A program made the position numbers and the translations under genes. Of a DNA stretch of 41,855 bases, positions 26,520 through 33,849 are shown piece after piece. Location: positions 1-41,855 of the forward strand of contig PEUP01000004.1 in assembly GCA_002780705.1 (NCBI GenBank), read 5' to 3'. The stretch's first letter is position 1. Each line of letters starts with the position of its first letter. Below the pieces are notes generated by a model that did not search any database, had not been told where the DNA came from, and was given only the letters and a program-made list of their open reading frames with translations. Source of the stretch: Elusimicrobia bacterium CG03_land_8_20_14_0_80_50_18 (GTDB lineage: Bacteria > CG03).

Positions 26520-27518
26520 TCAAACGACTATGGGCAAATCCGCCCCGCAATTGGCGCAGCGGCTGCCGTGAAGAGCTTTGATCTCCACGCTGTAGCCCTC
26601 GCGGGCTATGAGGAGCGCCCGGCAATGCGGGCAATATGTGCCCGTCCGGGCGCTGACATTGCCCTGATAAACAAAATCAAGTTTCCTGATGGCCAGATCC
26701 CTCAGCTTATCAAGCGTCCGCAAAGATGTGGGCGGTGTTTTCTGTTTATACGCAGGGAAATACCTTGATAAATGAAGCGGGATCGCCGGGGAGAGCGCCC
26801 AGATCCAGTCTATCATTTCCCTGAAATCATTCTCGTCGTCGTTTAAGCCCGGTATCACACAGAAGGTCAGCTCAATGTGTTTGCCGGCTTTAACAAACAT
26901 CTCCACAGTCCGCATAACGCTGTCCAGATCCCCGAGGCAGTATTTTTTATACGGCTCTTGGCGGAAAAATTTTATATCCACATTCGCCGCGTCTATCAAA
27001 GGCATCAGTAAAGCGAGAGGTTTCTCATTAATGTATCCGTTCGTCACCAGCACATTTTTCAGCGAGAGGCCTCTGAACAGCTCCGCGCAGTCTCTCACAA
27101 ATTCAAAATTGATGAGCGGTTCATTATAAGTGTAAGCGATGCCGACGGAATTATATTTTTGAGCCAGAGCCGCGAGTTCCTCCGGCGTTGCCTCGCGCAG
27201 ACTTATGTCCTCAACGGATACCTGCGATATACTGTAATTCTGGCACCAGGGACAGGTGAAATTACAGCCCACACTGCCTATGGAAAGGATTTCTCTGCCC
27301 GGGAAAAAATTATATAAAGGTTTTTTTTCAAGAGGGTCAATGCTCACGGAAGACAGTTTACCGTAAGTCAGCGCGTACAAAACACCGTCGGAGTTTTGCC
27401 TTACGCCGCATGAACCCTTTTTCCCAGGCCTGATCACGCACATCCGCGGGCAGAGCTCACAGCGCAAAACATCTTTGCCCGGGCCGTAGCGCGAATAAAA
27501 AAGAGCTTCTTTCTCCAT
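26520..27518 (-). CDS. AmmeMemoRadiSam-system-type radical SAM enzyme (PFL-activase-like)
   Basis: The N-terminal CELCPRMCVIRPGKKGSCGVR cluster, the radical-SAM CxxxCxxC (GCNFTCPWCQN), and the C-terminal CPHC...CANCG ribbon together match this family. I chose the ATG at comp. 27516-27518, preceded by GAGGGGA; the track start at 27530 is a TTG inside that SD. Confidence 0.75.
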   Translation of the reverse strand: MEKEALFYSRYGPGKDVLRCELCPRMCVIRPGKKGSCGVRQNSDGVLYALTYGKLSSVSIDPLEKKPLYNFFPGREILSIGSVGCNFTCPWCQNYSISQVSVEDISLREATPEELAALAQKYNSVGIAYTYNEPLINFEFVRDCAELFRGLSLKNVLVTNGYINEKPLALLMPLIDAANVDIKFFRQEPYKKYCLGDLDSVMRTVEMFVKAGKHIELTFCVIPGLNDDENDFREMIDWIWALSPAIPLHLSRYFPAYKQKTPPTSLRTLDKLRDLAIRKLDFVYQGNVSARTGTYCPHCRALLIAREGYSVEIKALHGSRCANCGADLPIVV

Positions 27519-27615
27519 ATTTCCCCTCAAATTATTTTGTGCCCATCTTTTTTATAATTGAAACTGCCAATATTATGATCTTCTCGCGCAGTTTTAGATT
27601 CTTGTCAGACATTGG

Positions 27616-28434
27616 CTATTTCAACCTCTTGATATTTTTATTACTAATCAGCGATTTCATCTGAGTGATAGCTATTTTGTTGAGCTGCATAAGCCGCTCG
27701 CTTTGCGCCAGCCCCTGATGAATCAAAACGGAATTAATGCTTTCAAGATTGGAAAGAACAACCAATTGTTCAATTGCCGCATAGTCACGGATGTTACCCT
27801 TTGCAATGGGATTTTCATCCCGCCATTCTTTAGCTGTTTTCCCGAACAATGCCATATTGAGCATATCCGCTTCTGAAGCATAAACAAAGTTAATTTGCTG
27901 TTTAGTCAGTTCTTTCGGTATAAGGTTATCCTTGATTGCATCGGTATGAATCCGGTAATTGACCTTAGCAAGGGTCCGCTGAAAATTCCAATCCAGTTTC
28001 AACCGTTTATTTTCATCATCTTTTAATCGCTGAAATTCCTTAATGAGATATATTTTGAACTCAGGACTTAGCCAACTACCAAACTCAAAAGCGATATCAC
28101 GATGGGCAAAAGTTCCACCGCCATAACGTCCGGCTTTTGAAATTATACCGATAGCATTTGTCGCTTCAATCCATTTGCGGGGTGTTAGGTTAAAACTGTT
28201 TAAACCAGCCTGACTTTTAAAGGTCACGAATCCGTTACCTTTAAAATCAGGGTTATGAAGTTCCTCCCATATACCGATAAACTCAAGCGTATTACGATTA
28301 CGCATCCAACTGTAAATCATCGTATCATCACCAAAGTTTTTGACCATGTCTGTCAATGAAATATAATCATCATTATTTCTGCTAATAATTGTAATTTCCG
28401 TTTCTTTAACTATTATGGTCTTATTTTTTTTCAT
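27616..28434 (-). CDS. KilA-N domain-containing protein (phage/plasmid-type DNA-binding domain + conserved C-terminal domain)
   Basis: 272 aa. TIISRNNDDYISLTDMVKNF...MIYSWMRNRNTLEFIGIWEELHNPDF is a typical KilA-N/ORF6N N-terminus. The gene and both flanks are visibly more AT-rich than the neighbours. Confidence 0.75.
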   Translation of the reverse strand: MKKNKTIIVKETEITIISRNNDDYISLTDMVKNFGDDTMIYSWMRNRNTLEFIGIWEELHNPDFKGNGFVTFKSQAGLNSFNLTPRKWIEATNAIGIISKAGRYGGGTFAHRDIAFEFGSWLSPEFKIYLIKEFQRLKDDENKRLKLDWNFQRTLAKVNYRIHTDAIKDNLIPKELTKQQINFVYASEADMLNMALFGKTAKEWRDENPIAKGNIRDYAAIEQLVVLSNLESINSVLIHQGLAQSERLMQLNKIAITQMKSLISNKNIKRLK

Positions 28435-28541
28435 AAATCACCTCACTCCCCTTCCTTCAACGCTTATTTTATAGTTATTCAATCCCACATACGCGCCTGA
28501 TTCAAAGACATGAGTTCACCCTGCCATCCCCCTTGGAATCA

Positions 28542-28868
28542 TTACTTTTCCGGCGTTTCCCAGAGGCGTTCTATCCCGTAAAATTTACGCGACTCCTCGG
28601 TAAAAACATGTATCACGGTGTCTTCGCAGTCCACAAGAAGCCATTGTTGCGCTTTCATACCCTCGCTGTGCCGCGAACCGCCGATAGCTTTCAGGCCCTT
28701 GTCTATCTCGCGGGCGAGCGACAACAGATGCCTCGGGGAAGTGGCCGTCATGATAACATGGAACCTGCCGCAGGTATCAAACTTCGCGAGGTCCAGTATT
28801 TTTATGTCTTCGGCCTTCATTTTTTCCGCTATCTCAAGCGCCATCTCAACTTTCTTATTTTTTTTCAT
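28542..28868 (-). CDS. rsfS: Ribosome silencing factor RsfS (iojap)
   Basis: 108 aa, ...DIKILDLAKFDTCGRFHVIMTATSPRHLLSLAREI...WLLVDCEDTVIHVFTEESRKFYGIERLW. Confidence 0.9.
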   Translation of the reverse strand: MKKNKKVEMALEIAEKMKAEDIKILDLAKFDTCGRFHVIMTATSPRHLLSLAREIDKGLKAIGGSRHSEGMKAQQWLLVDCEDTVIHVFTEESRKFYGIERLWETPEK

Positions 28869-30072
28869 TCAGAAATTCCTCCGGGAAATCATCCCCCACA
28901 ACAACAGACACATCAACCATGCGGTCAGGGTCCATATCCGTGCGCACGCGGCTGCAGCCGAGTATCTTCGCCGTCCGGACCGCCTTTGAGAGCTCCCCGG
29001 TCCTGGCAATAACTTCGGTGTATTTTTTATAGCTTCCCCAGTTACCCCACAGCACAACATCACAGCCGTAACCGCGCAATTTCTCGGAAAGAGCCTCGGC
29101 AAGGCCGCTTGTCCCGCTGGCGTTAAAAACCTCCGCCTGTATGCCTTCCAGACTGTCGGGGCCGCGTCTTATCACAAAAGGCCGGATCTTTGACCTCGGC
29201 CAAAGCTCTTTTTCAGAACCCGCTATGGAAGCTTTGATCTCTCCGGCCGCTTTCTCATCCAGTCTCCACACATCTTTAGCGCCGATGCGCTGCGATTCTC
29301 CCGGCAATATCTGATATCTCTGGTGCTCAGCGTCAAAGGTGCGGAACACATCGGCCAGGACAAGTAGATCCTGCCATTTGAAATTCGTAAAAATATCTTT
29401 GCGGTATATCCTGACAAACTCCGGCAGCGCCGATATAATGTTGACATCAAAACAGTGCGCTATAAGATTCCTGACGAAGTCCTGCTGCCTTTTGATGCGC
29501 CCCATGTCGCCCAGCGCCGAATGCCTGTAACGCACATATTTGAGCGCGTCGGCGCCGGACATCATGTAATCGCCGGGCTCGAAGTGAATGTGAAGCCCCC
29601 CCCAGTAATCGTCATAATGCATGGGTATATCAACGGTCACCGGAATTCTGCCCAGAGCGTCAATGACATGTACAAAGACATCAAATGTGATTACAATGTG
29701 ATAATCAAATACCACGCCGAGGAATTTTTCAAGCTCACTTTTAAACTCAAGAATACCTTTATCCATGCCGTATCGCCTTGTGTTAAGATAGAGTACCTCG
29801 CTGAGTTTGCGCGGGATCCAGCTCCTTTGCTCATCCCATTTGATCAGCACATCGCGGGGCACGGAAACAATATCAATGAAACGGGTCTTCGGTTCGTAAC
29901 TCAGCCACAGCACAACATCGGAATGAGAGCCTCCCATCACCTGATCTGCCCCGACCAGCAGCATATTGATCCTTTCGCCTCTTACGCATTTTAAAAAAAA
30001 TCCGCTCCGGAAAAACAATGCGGCCGCTAAAGCCGCCAGGAACAAAACAAAAGCTGCAAAAACTTTTTTCAC
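28855..30072 (-). CDS. LCP-family (LytR-CpsA-Psr) protein with C-terminal LytR_C-like domain
   Basis: 405 aa. N-terminal anchor, then INMLLVGAD...HSDVVLWLSY...IDIVSVPRDV...RYRH..GDMGRIKRQQDF. The C-terminal region resembles LytR_C (VFNASGTSGLAEALSEKLRGYGCDV). Confidence 0.8.
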   Translation of the reverse strand: MKKVFAAFVLFLAALAAALFFRSGFFLKCVRGERINMLLVGADQVMGGSHSDVVLWLSYEPKTRFIDIVSVPRDVLIKWDEQRSWIPRKLSEVLYLNTRRYGMDKGILEFKSELEKFLGVVFDYHIVITFDVFVHVIDALGRIPVTVDIPMHYDDYWGGLHIHFEPGDYMMSGADALKYVRYRHSALGDMGRIKRQQDFVRNLIAHCFDVNIISALPEFVRIYRKDIFTNFKWQDLLVLADVFRTFDAEHQRYQILPGESQRIGAKDVWRLDEKAAGEIKASIAGSEKELWPRSKIRPFVIRRGPDSLEGIQAEVFNASGTSGLAEALSEKLRGYGCDVVLWGNWGSYKKYTEVIARTGELSKAVRTAKILGCSRVRTDMDPDRMVDVSVVVGDDFPEEFLNEKK

Positions 30073-30635
30073 AGATAAAGCTCCATGGCGTTGATGTATT
30101 CGTAAACCTTTTCCGGCAGCAGATAGCGGTAAGGCCGGCCCTCTCTGATATTTTTTCTTATCATTGAAGACGATACGGGAATCTCCGGCGCGTCAATGCG
30201 TTTTATCCGGGGATTCTCCCCAAAGCCTTCAGGCGGCATTGTTCCGCTCCGGCGCCAGACCCCCAATGTAAAATTATTTAAAATGCTCCCGCCATCCTTC
30301 CAGTCCTTCAGATCATTCAGCGCATCCATGCCGAGCAGGAAAATCATCTCACCGCGCAGGATTTTTTCAAAATGCTTGAGCATATCTATCGTGTATGAGA
30401 CGGAGTCTTTTTTTATCTCGTAATCACTGACCTCAAAACGCGGGTTGAGGCATGCGGCCAGCACCGTCAGTTTATAGCGCGTCTCGGCGCTGAGAACATC
30501 CCTGCTCTTGTGCGGCGGGTTGCCGGATGGAATAAAGATGATTTTATCCAGCGAGAGCGCGCCGAGACTCTGCTCGGCGAGTATCATGTGCCCTATATGG
30601 GGGGGATTAAACGTGCCGCCGAAGAGACCCGTCAT
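30069..30635 (-). CDS. nadD: Nicotinate-nucleotide adenylyltransferase
   Basis: 188 aa. GGTFNPPHIGH motif and the C-terminal ISSSMIR motif. Confidence 0.92.
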   Translation of the reverse strand: MTGLFGGTFNPPHIGHMILAEQSLGALSLDKIIFIPSGNPPHKSRDVLSAETRYKLTVLAACLNPRFEVSDYEIKKDSVSYTIDMLKHFEKILRGEMIFLLGMDALNDLKDWKDGGSILNNFTLGVWRRSGTMPPEGFGENPRIKRIDAPEIPVSSSMIRKNIREGRPYRYLLPEKVYEYINAMELYL

Positions 30636-31883
30636 TTATTTTCTGATCTGGCCGCTGCCGGATATGATATATTTGTACGATGTTAATTCCTCAAGGCCCA
30701 CGGGCCCGCGGGGATGGAGTTTCTGATTTGATATCCCTATCTCGGCGCCCATACCGAATTCGCCGCCGTCGGTAAACCGGGTTGAGGCATTGTGGTAGAG
30801 ACAGGCGGCGTCAACCGCGCTGAAAAATGTCTTCGCGGCATTTTTGCCGGAAGCGACTATGGCCTCGGAATGGCCTGAGCCGTGCGTGTTTATAAACTCG
30901 CAGGCATCATCTATCCCGCTGACGACTTTTATGGATATTATCTTAGCCAGATATTCGGTATCCCAGTCCGCGGGCGACGCGGCTTTTATATCCGGCAGAA
31001 TCTTTCTTGTCTCCGGGCAGCCCCTCATCTCAACCCCGTTTGATGCATAAACCCTGTGTATCATGGGCAAAAATTTCTTTGCGGCGTCTTTGTGCACCAG
31101 CAGATTCTCTATGGCGTTGCACACACCAGGCCGCGACACCTTTGCGTTGAGCGCTATGTCAACGGCCATTTTCATGTCAGCGTCTTTGTGCACATAAAGA
31201 TTGCAAACCCCTTTTCCGTGATAGATCACGGGGATTCGCGATTTTTTAACGACAGCGTTAATAAGGCCCTCACCGCCGCGGGGGATCACCGCGTCTATGA
31301 GGCCGTTCATCTTTAGAAGACTGTCAACTGTCCGCCGGGAACTATCTTCCACGAAAAACACCGCGTCTTTTATCTCGGCGGGCACGGCTGTCATGACAGC
31401 GTCATAAACGGCCCTATTGCTTTTGACGGCATCGGAGCCGCCGCGGAGAATCACCGCGTTACCCGATTTAAGGCACAGCGCCGCGACATCGCTGGTGACA
31501 TTCGGTCGGGATTCATATATCACCATCAATGTGCCCAGCGGAACGGAGACCTTCCTTATATTAAGACCGTTCGGCCTTTTTCTGACAGACAGCACCCTGC
31601 CCAACGGCGAGGGAAGACGCGACAGATCAACGACCTGGGAGGCCATGGCGCGTATTCTTTTTCTGTCCAGACTCAGCCTGTCTATGAAAGCGGCATCCTT
31701 CCCCGAAAAAAGAGCCCTGCTTATATCTTTTTTATTGGCGGCGATTATTTTGCTTTCGCATCCTATGATGTTCCGGGCTATTTTCCTGAGCATGCTGTTG
31801 ATATCGGAATCTTTCATCCGCTCAAGTATTCTGCCCTGCCGCCGCATCCGGCGGAAAATCTCGCGGTAATCCGTTTGATTCAT
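30636..31883 (-). CDS. proA: Glutamate-5-semialdehyde dehydrogenase (gamma-glutamyl phosphate reductase)
   Basis: 415 aa. ALDH-fold ProA pattern with the catalytic Cys context [14 protein letters not shown] and C-terminal [13 protein letters not shown]. Confidence 0.92.
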   Translation of the reverse strand: MNQTDYREIFRRMRRQGRILERMKDSDINSMLRKIARNIIGCESKIIAANKKDISRALFSGKDAAFIDRLSLDRKRIRAMASQVVDLSRLPSPLGRVLSVRKRPNGLNIRKVSVPLGTLMVIYESRPNVTSDVAALCLKSGNAVILRGGSDAVKSNRAVYDAVMTAVPAEIKDAVFFVEDSSRRTVDSLLKMNGLIDAVIPRGGEGLINAVVKKSRIPVIYHGKGVCNLYVHKDADMKMAVDIALNAKVSRPGVCNAIENLLVHKDAAKKFLPMIHRVYASNGVEMRGCPETRKILPDIKAASPADWDTEYLAKIISIKVVSGIDDACEFINTHGSGHSEAIVASGKNAAKTFFSAVDAACLYHNASTRFTDGGEFGMGAEIGISNQKLHPRGPVGLEELTSYKYIISGSGQIRK

Positions 31884-32518
31884 CTGTTCTCTTTTATATC
31901 AGGAAGCTCTTTGAGAGCCTCTCTGATTTTCTCTTCAGGATATGCGTAATCTGTCAGATTGCCCTCAAAATAAGCGTCGTATGAACTCATGTCAAAATGG
32001 CCGTGGCCGCTTAGGCAGAAAACGATGCACTTTTCCTCGCCGGTCTCCTTGCACTTCAAGGCCTCGTCAATCGCCGCTCTTATCGCATGCGAGGATTCCG
32101 GAGCGGGTATTATGCCCTCCGTCCTGGTGAAAAGAACGCCGGCCTCTTTGTTGAAATAGGCCTGCGCCACGGAAGTGTTGGGCTTATGGCTTCCCGCCGG
32201 AGAAACGCTCTCGTCCTTGAAATAGATTCTTGCCGGTGTTTTCAGAGCTTTTTCAAGACGGGTCGCTCTTTTAAGCGGCGAAGGCCGCCATATCTTATAT
32301 ATTTCCCTGACCTGCTCAGGGATCTCTATCCAGCGCTCCGTTGACATCTCCTGCTTGATCAGACTCTCTGGAAAAATTGCCAAGAGGTCTTCCGGACCAA
32401 GCGGCTGTCCCGTTTTAGGATTGAGCGGCGGCGCCAGCGGTTGGGGAAGATCAGCCTGGATGTTATACCACGCCTCGGGAATTTCTTTTTCTGAAAGATA
32501 AATTTTTTTATCGGCCAC
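31880..32518 (-). pseudogene. TrpB2-type (TrpB-like PLP enzyme) gene carrying a large in-frame internal deletion (N-terminal ~127 aa joined directly to C-terminal ~85 aa)
   Basis: 212-aa ORF with a GTG start and GGAGG 4 nt upstream. The N-part is [13 protein letters not shown]...[30 protein letters not shown]. It is followed immediately by [49 protein letters not shown], which in full-length TrpB2 (~430-450 aa) lies about 240 residues further on. The core, including the GGGSN phosphate loop, is absent. The junction is near comp. 32135-32140. Confidence 0.7.
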
Positions 32519-32576
32519 AGCGCCTCCAAATCGGGACGGCTATGTCCCGGCTCTTCACTAACCTTCATACAGTCGG

Positions 32577-32606
32577 ATATTACCAAATTTTGACGGGCAT
32601 GGGCAA
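32577..32606 (-). promoter_or_regulatory. Sigma70 promoter with extended -10 (TTGCCC-N18-[TGG]TAATAT) for the trpB2-remnant/proA operon
   Basis: Reverse strand: TTGCCC (comp. 32601-32606), 18-nt spacer ending in TGG, and TAATAT (comp. 32577-32582). It lies about 55 nt upstream of the GTG start. Confidence 0.5.
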
Positions 32607-32659
32607 GGGTAAGGTTTTTCGTGATTCAATAACTTAATGACTGGGTTAGGTCCTTATGT

Positions 32660-32879
32660 AATTTGACCTTGTTCATAATCATAGGCCCAAACCGCTTTAG
32701 AGCGATATAGGAAAATTTAGGAGAAAAAATCGTTAAGAATTGCGACTGTCTGACGACCCCGTAGGGGGAGGATAAGCAACCTGCCTACCGGCAGGCAGGT
32801 TTAGATTTTTGGTCCGTCAAAAATTTTCCGTCTAGCGAAAAAGCGGTTTGGGCCTATGATTGGGTTCTGAAATTTGACC
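32660..32879. mobile_element. MITE-like or structured-RNA element: a 185-nt core (32677-32861) closed by a perfect 22-bp inverted repeat and flanked by the 9-bp direct repeat AATTTGACC
   Basis: AATCATAGGCCCAAACCGCTTT (32677-32698) is the exact reverse complement of 32840-32861. AATTTGACC occurs at 32660-32668 and 32871-32879. No ORF lies inside. Further internal complementary segments are listed in the findings. Confidence 0.55.
32778..32810 (+). terminator. Terminator-like hairpin inside the element: AACCTGCCT-ACCGGC-AGGCAGGTT followed by TAGATTTTT
   Basis: 9-bp GC-rich stem (32778-32786 / 32793-32801), a 6-nt loop, and a T5 run at 32806-32810 on the + strand only. Confidence 0.45.
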
Positions 32880-32902
32880 GCGGGAAAATTATGTGGTACA
32901 TT
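32874..32902 (+). promoter_or_regulatory. Sigma70 promoter with extended -10 (TTGACC-N17-[TGG]TACATT) for the tandem-HhH protein gene
   Basis: TTGACC at 32874-32879 (part of the right 9-bp direct repeat), a 17-nt spacer ending in TGG, and TACATT at 32897-32902. The SD GAGGGAGG lies before the ATG at 32956. Confidence 0.45.
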
Positions 32903-32955
32903 AAGGTGTTGGTCCGCTTATAGTTGCATCGAGTATCCTGAGGGAGGTAAATTTT

Positions 32956-33696
32956 ATGAAACGAATCATTCCGGTGCTATTTTGCGCGATTGTGTTGCTT
33001 TTTCCGTCCAGTGTCGCTGCGAAATCAAAGAAAGCGCCCAAGGCCGAGGCAAAATCAAGTTTTGAAAAAATCAATCTTAACGAAGTCAGTGAATACGATT
33101 TGAAGCAGATACCGGGAATTTCCGCATCAAAAGCCAAAGCGCTGCTCGCCTACCGCGACGAAAAAGGCGAAATAAAATCAATCGAAGAGCTAAAAGAAAT
33201 AAACCATGAAACCAAAAGCGGAAAAACGAGCTATGATTTCGCCACATCAAAAGGCGCCTGGACAAAACCCATAAAACTTCTTATGGACGCCGATGTGTTT
33301 ACAGTCAGCGGAGGTGTGGGTGTGGTCGATCAGAACGCGCTTCATAAGCATCTGTTTCCGAAACCCCGAGATATAAACAGCGCGTCGTCGGCTGAACTGA
33401 CAGCATTACCGGGTATATCCAAAGCGAACGCCCAGCACTTAATAGACAACAGGCCCTTTTCATCCATAGACGGTCTGAAAGACATTTCTTATGAAACCAA
33501 AAGCGGAAAAACCGGCTACGCCTTTGCCACATCCAAAGGCGTATGGAAAAAAGATATTAAAATTCTGATTGACAGCGGCCGCCTTGTTTGCGCGGGCTCA
33601 ACAAAAAGTTCCAAGAAAGCCGCTCCGGCCAAAGAATCAAAAAGTGACGAGCAGGACGACGGCCAGGAAGAATCAGACGAACCGGAAGAATATTAA
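32956..33696 (+). CDS. Secreted protein with two tandem ComEA-like HhH modules, each followed by a conserved ETKSGKTxYxFATSKGxW extension; acidic C-terminal tail
   Basis: 246 aa with signal peptide MKRIIPVLFCAIVLLFPSSVAA. Module 1 is INLNEVSEYDLKQIPGISASKAKALLAYRDEKGEIKSIEELKEINHETKSGKTSYDFATSKGAWTKPIKLLMD. Module 2 is DINSASSAELTALPGISKANAQHLIDNRPFSSIDGLKDISYETKSGKTGYAFATSKGVWKKDIKILID. The tail is DEQDDGQEESDEPEEY. Confidence 0.65.
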   Translation: MKRIIPVLFCAIVLLFPSSVAAKSKKAPKAEAKSSFEKINLNEVSEYDLKQIPGISASKAKALLAYRDEKGEIKSIEELKEINHETKSGKTSYDFATSKGAWTKPIKLLMDADVFTVSGGVGVVDQNALHKHLFPKPRDINSASSAELTALPGISKANAQHLIDNRPFSSIDGLKDISYETKSGKTGYAFATSKGVWKKDIKILIDSGRLVCAGSTKSSKKAAPAKESKSDEQDDGQEESDEPEEY

Positions 33697-33849
33697 AAAG
33701 CTTTAGCCAATTTAATTGGTTTAATTTGAAATTTTAGTATTGTGCGACTGCGGGCAGGGCTGTTTATTCGGTGGCAATCAACTGGCGCGAGCTTTGACAA
33801 TTGTTTTTAGCACACAAATTTTCTACCATATAGTCTGAGGCGGCTTAAT

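Noticed and set aside
27531-28541. Prophage or integrative element around the KilA-N gene.
   Set aside because: Only one foreign-looking gene is present. There are no integrase, structural, repressor or tRNA-att features. The only flanking similarity (GATTC...AGACAT) is too short to call.
32677-32861. Identifying the inverted-repeat element as a known RNA (6S RNA by its ~185-nt size, SRP RNA, RNase P, tmRNA, riboswitch) or as a retron msr/msd.
   Set aside because: I could not find the conserved sequence motifs of these families. The loop asymmetry does not fit the 6S central bubble. No reverse transcriptase gene is nearby. I left it as an unclassified element pending covariance-model searches.
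32677-33760. Integron cassette or attC interpretation of the repeats flanking the HhH gene.
   Set aside because: No intI integrase is present. The arms lack the RYYYAAC/GTTRRRY core sites, and a perfect 22-bp stem is unlike the bulged attC structure.
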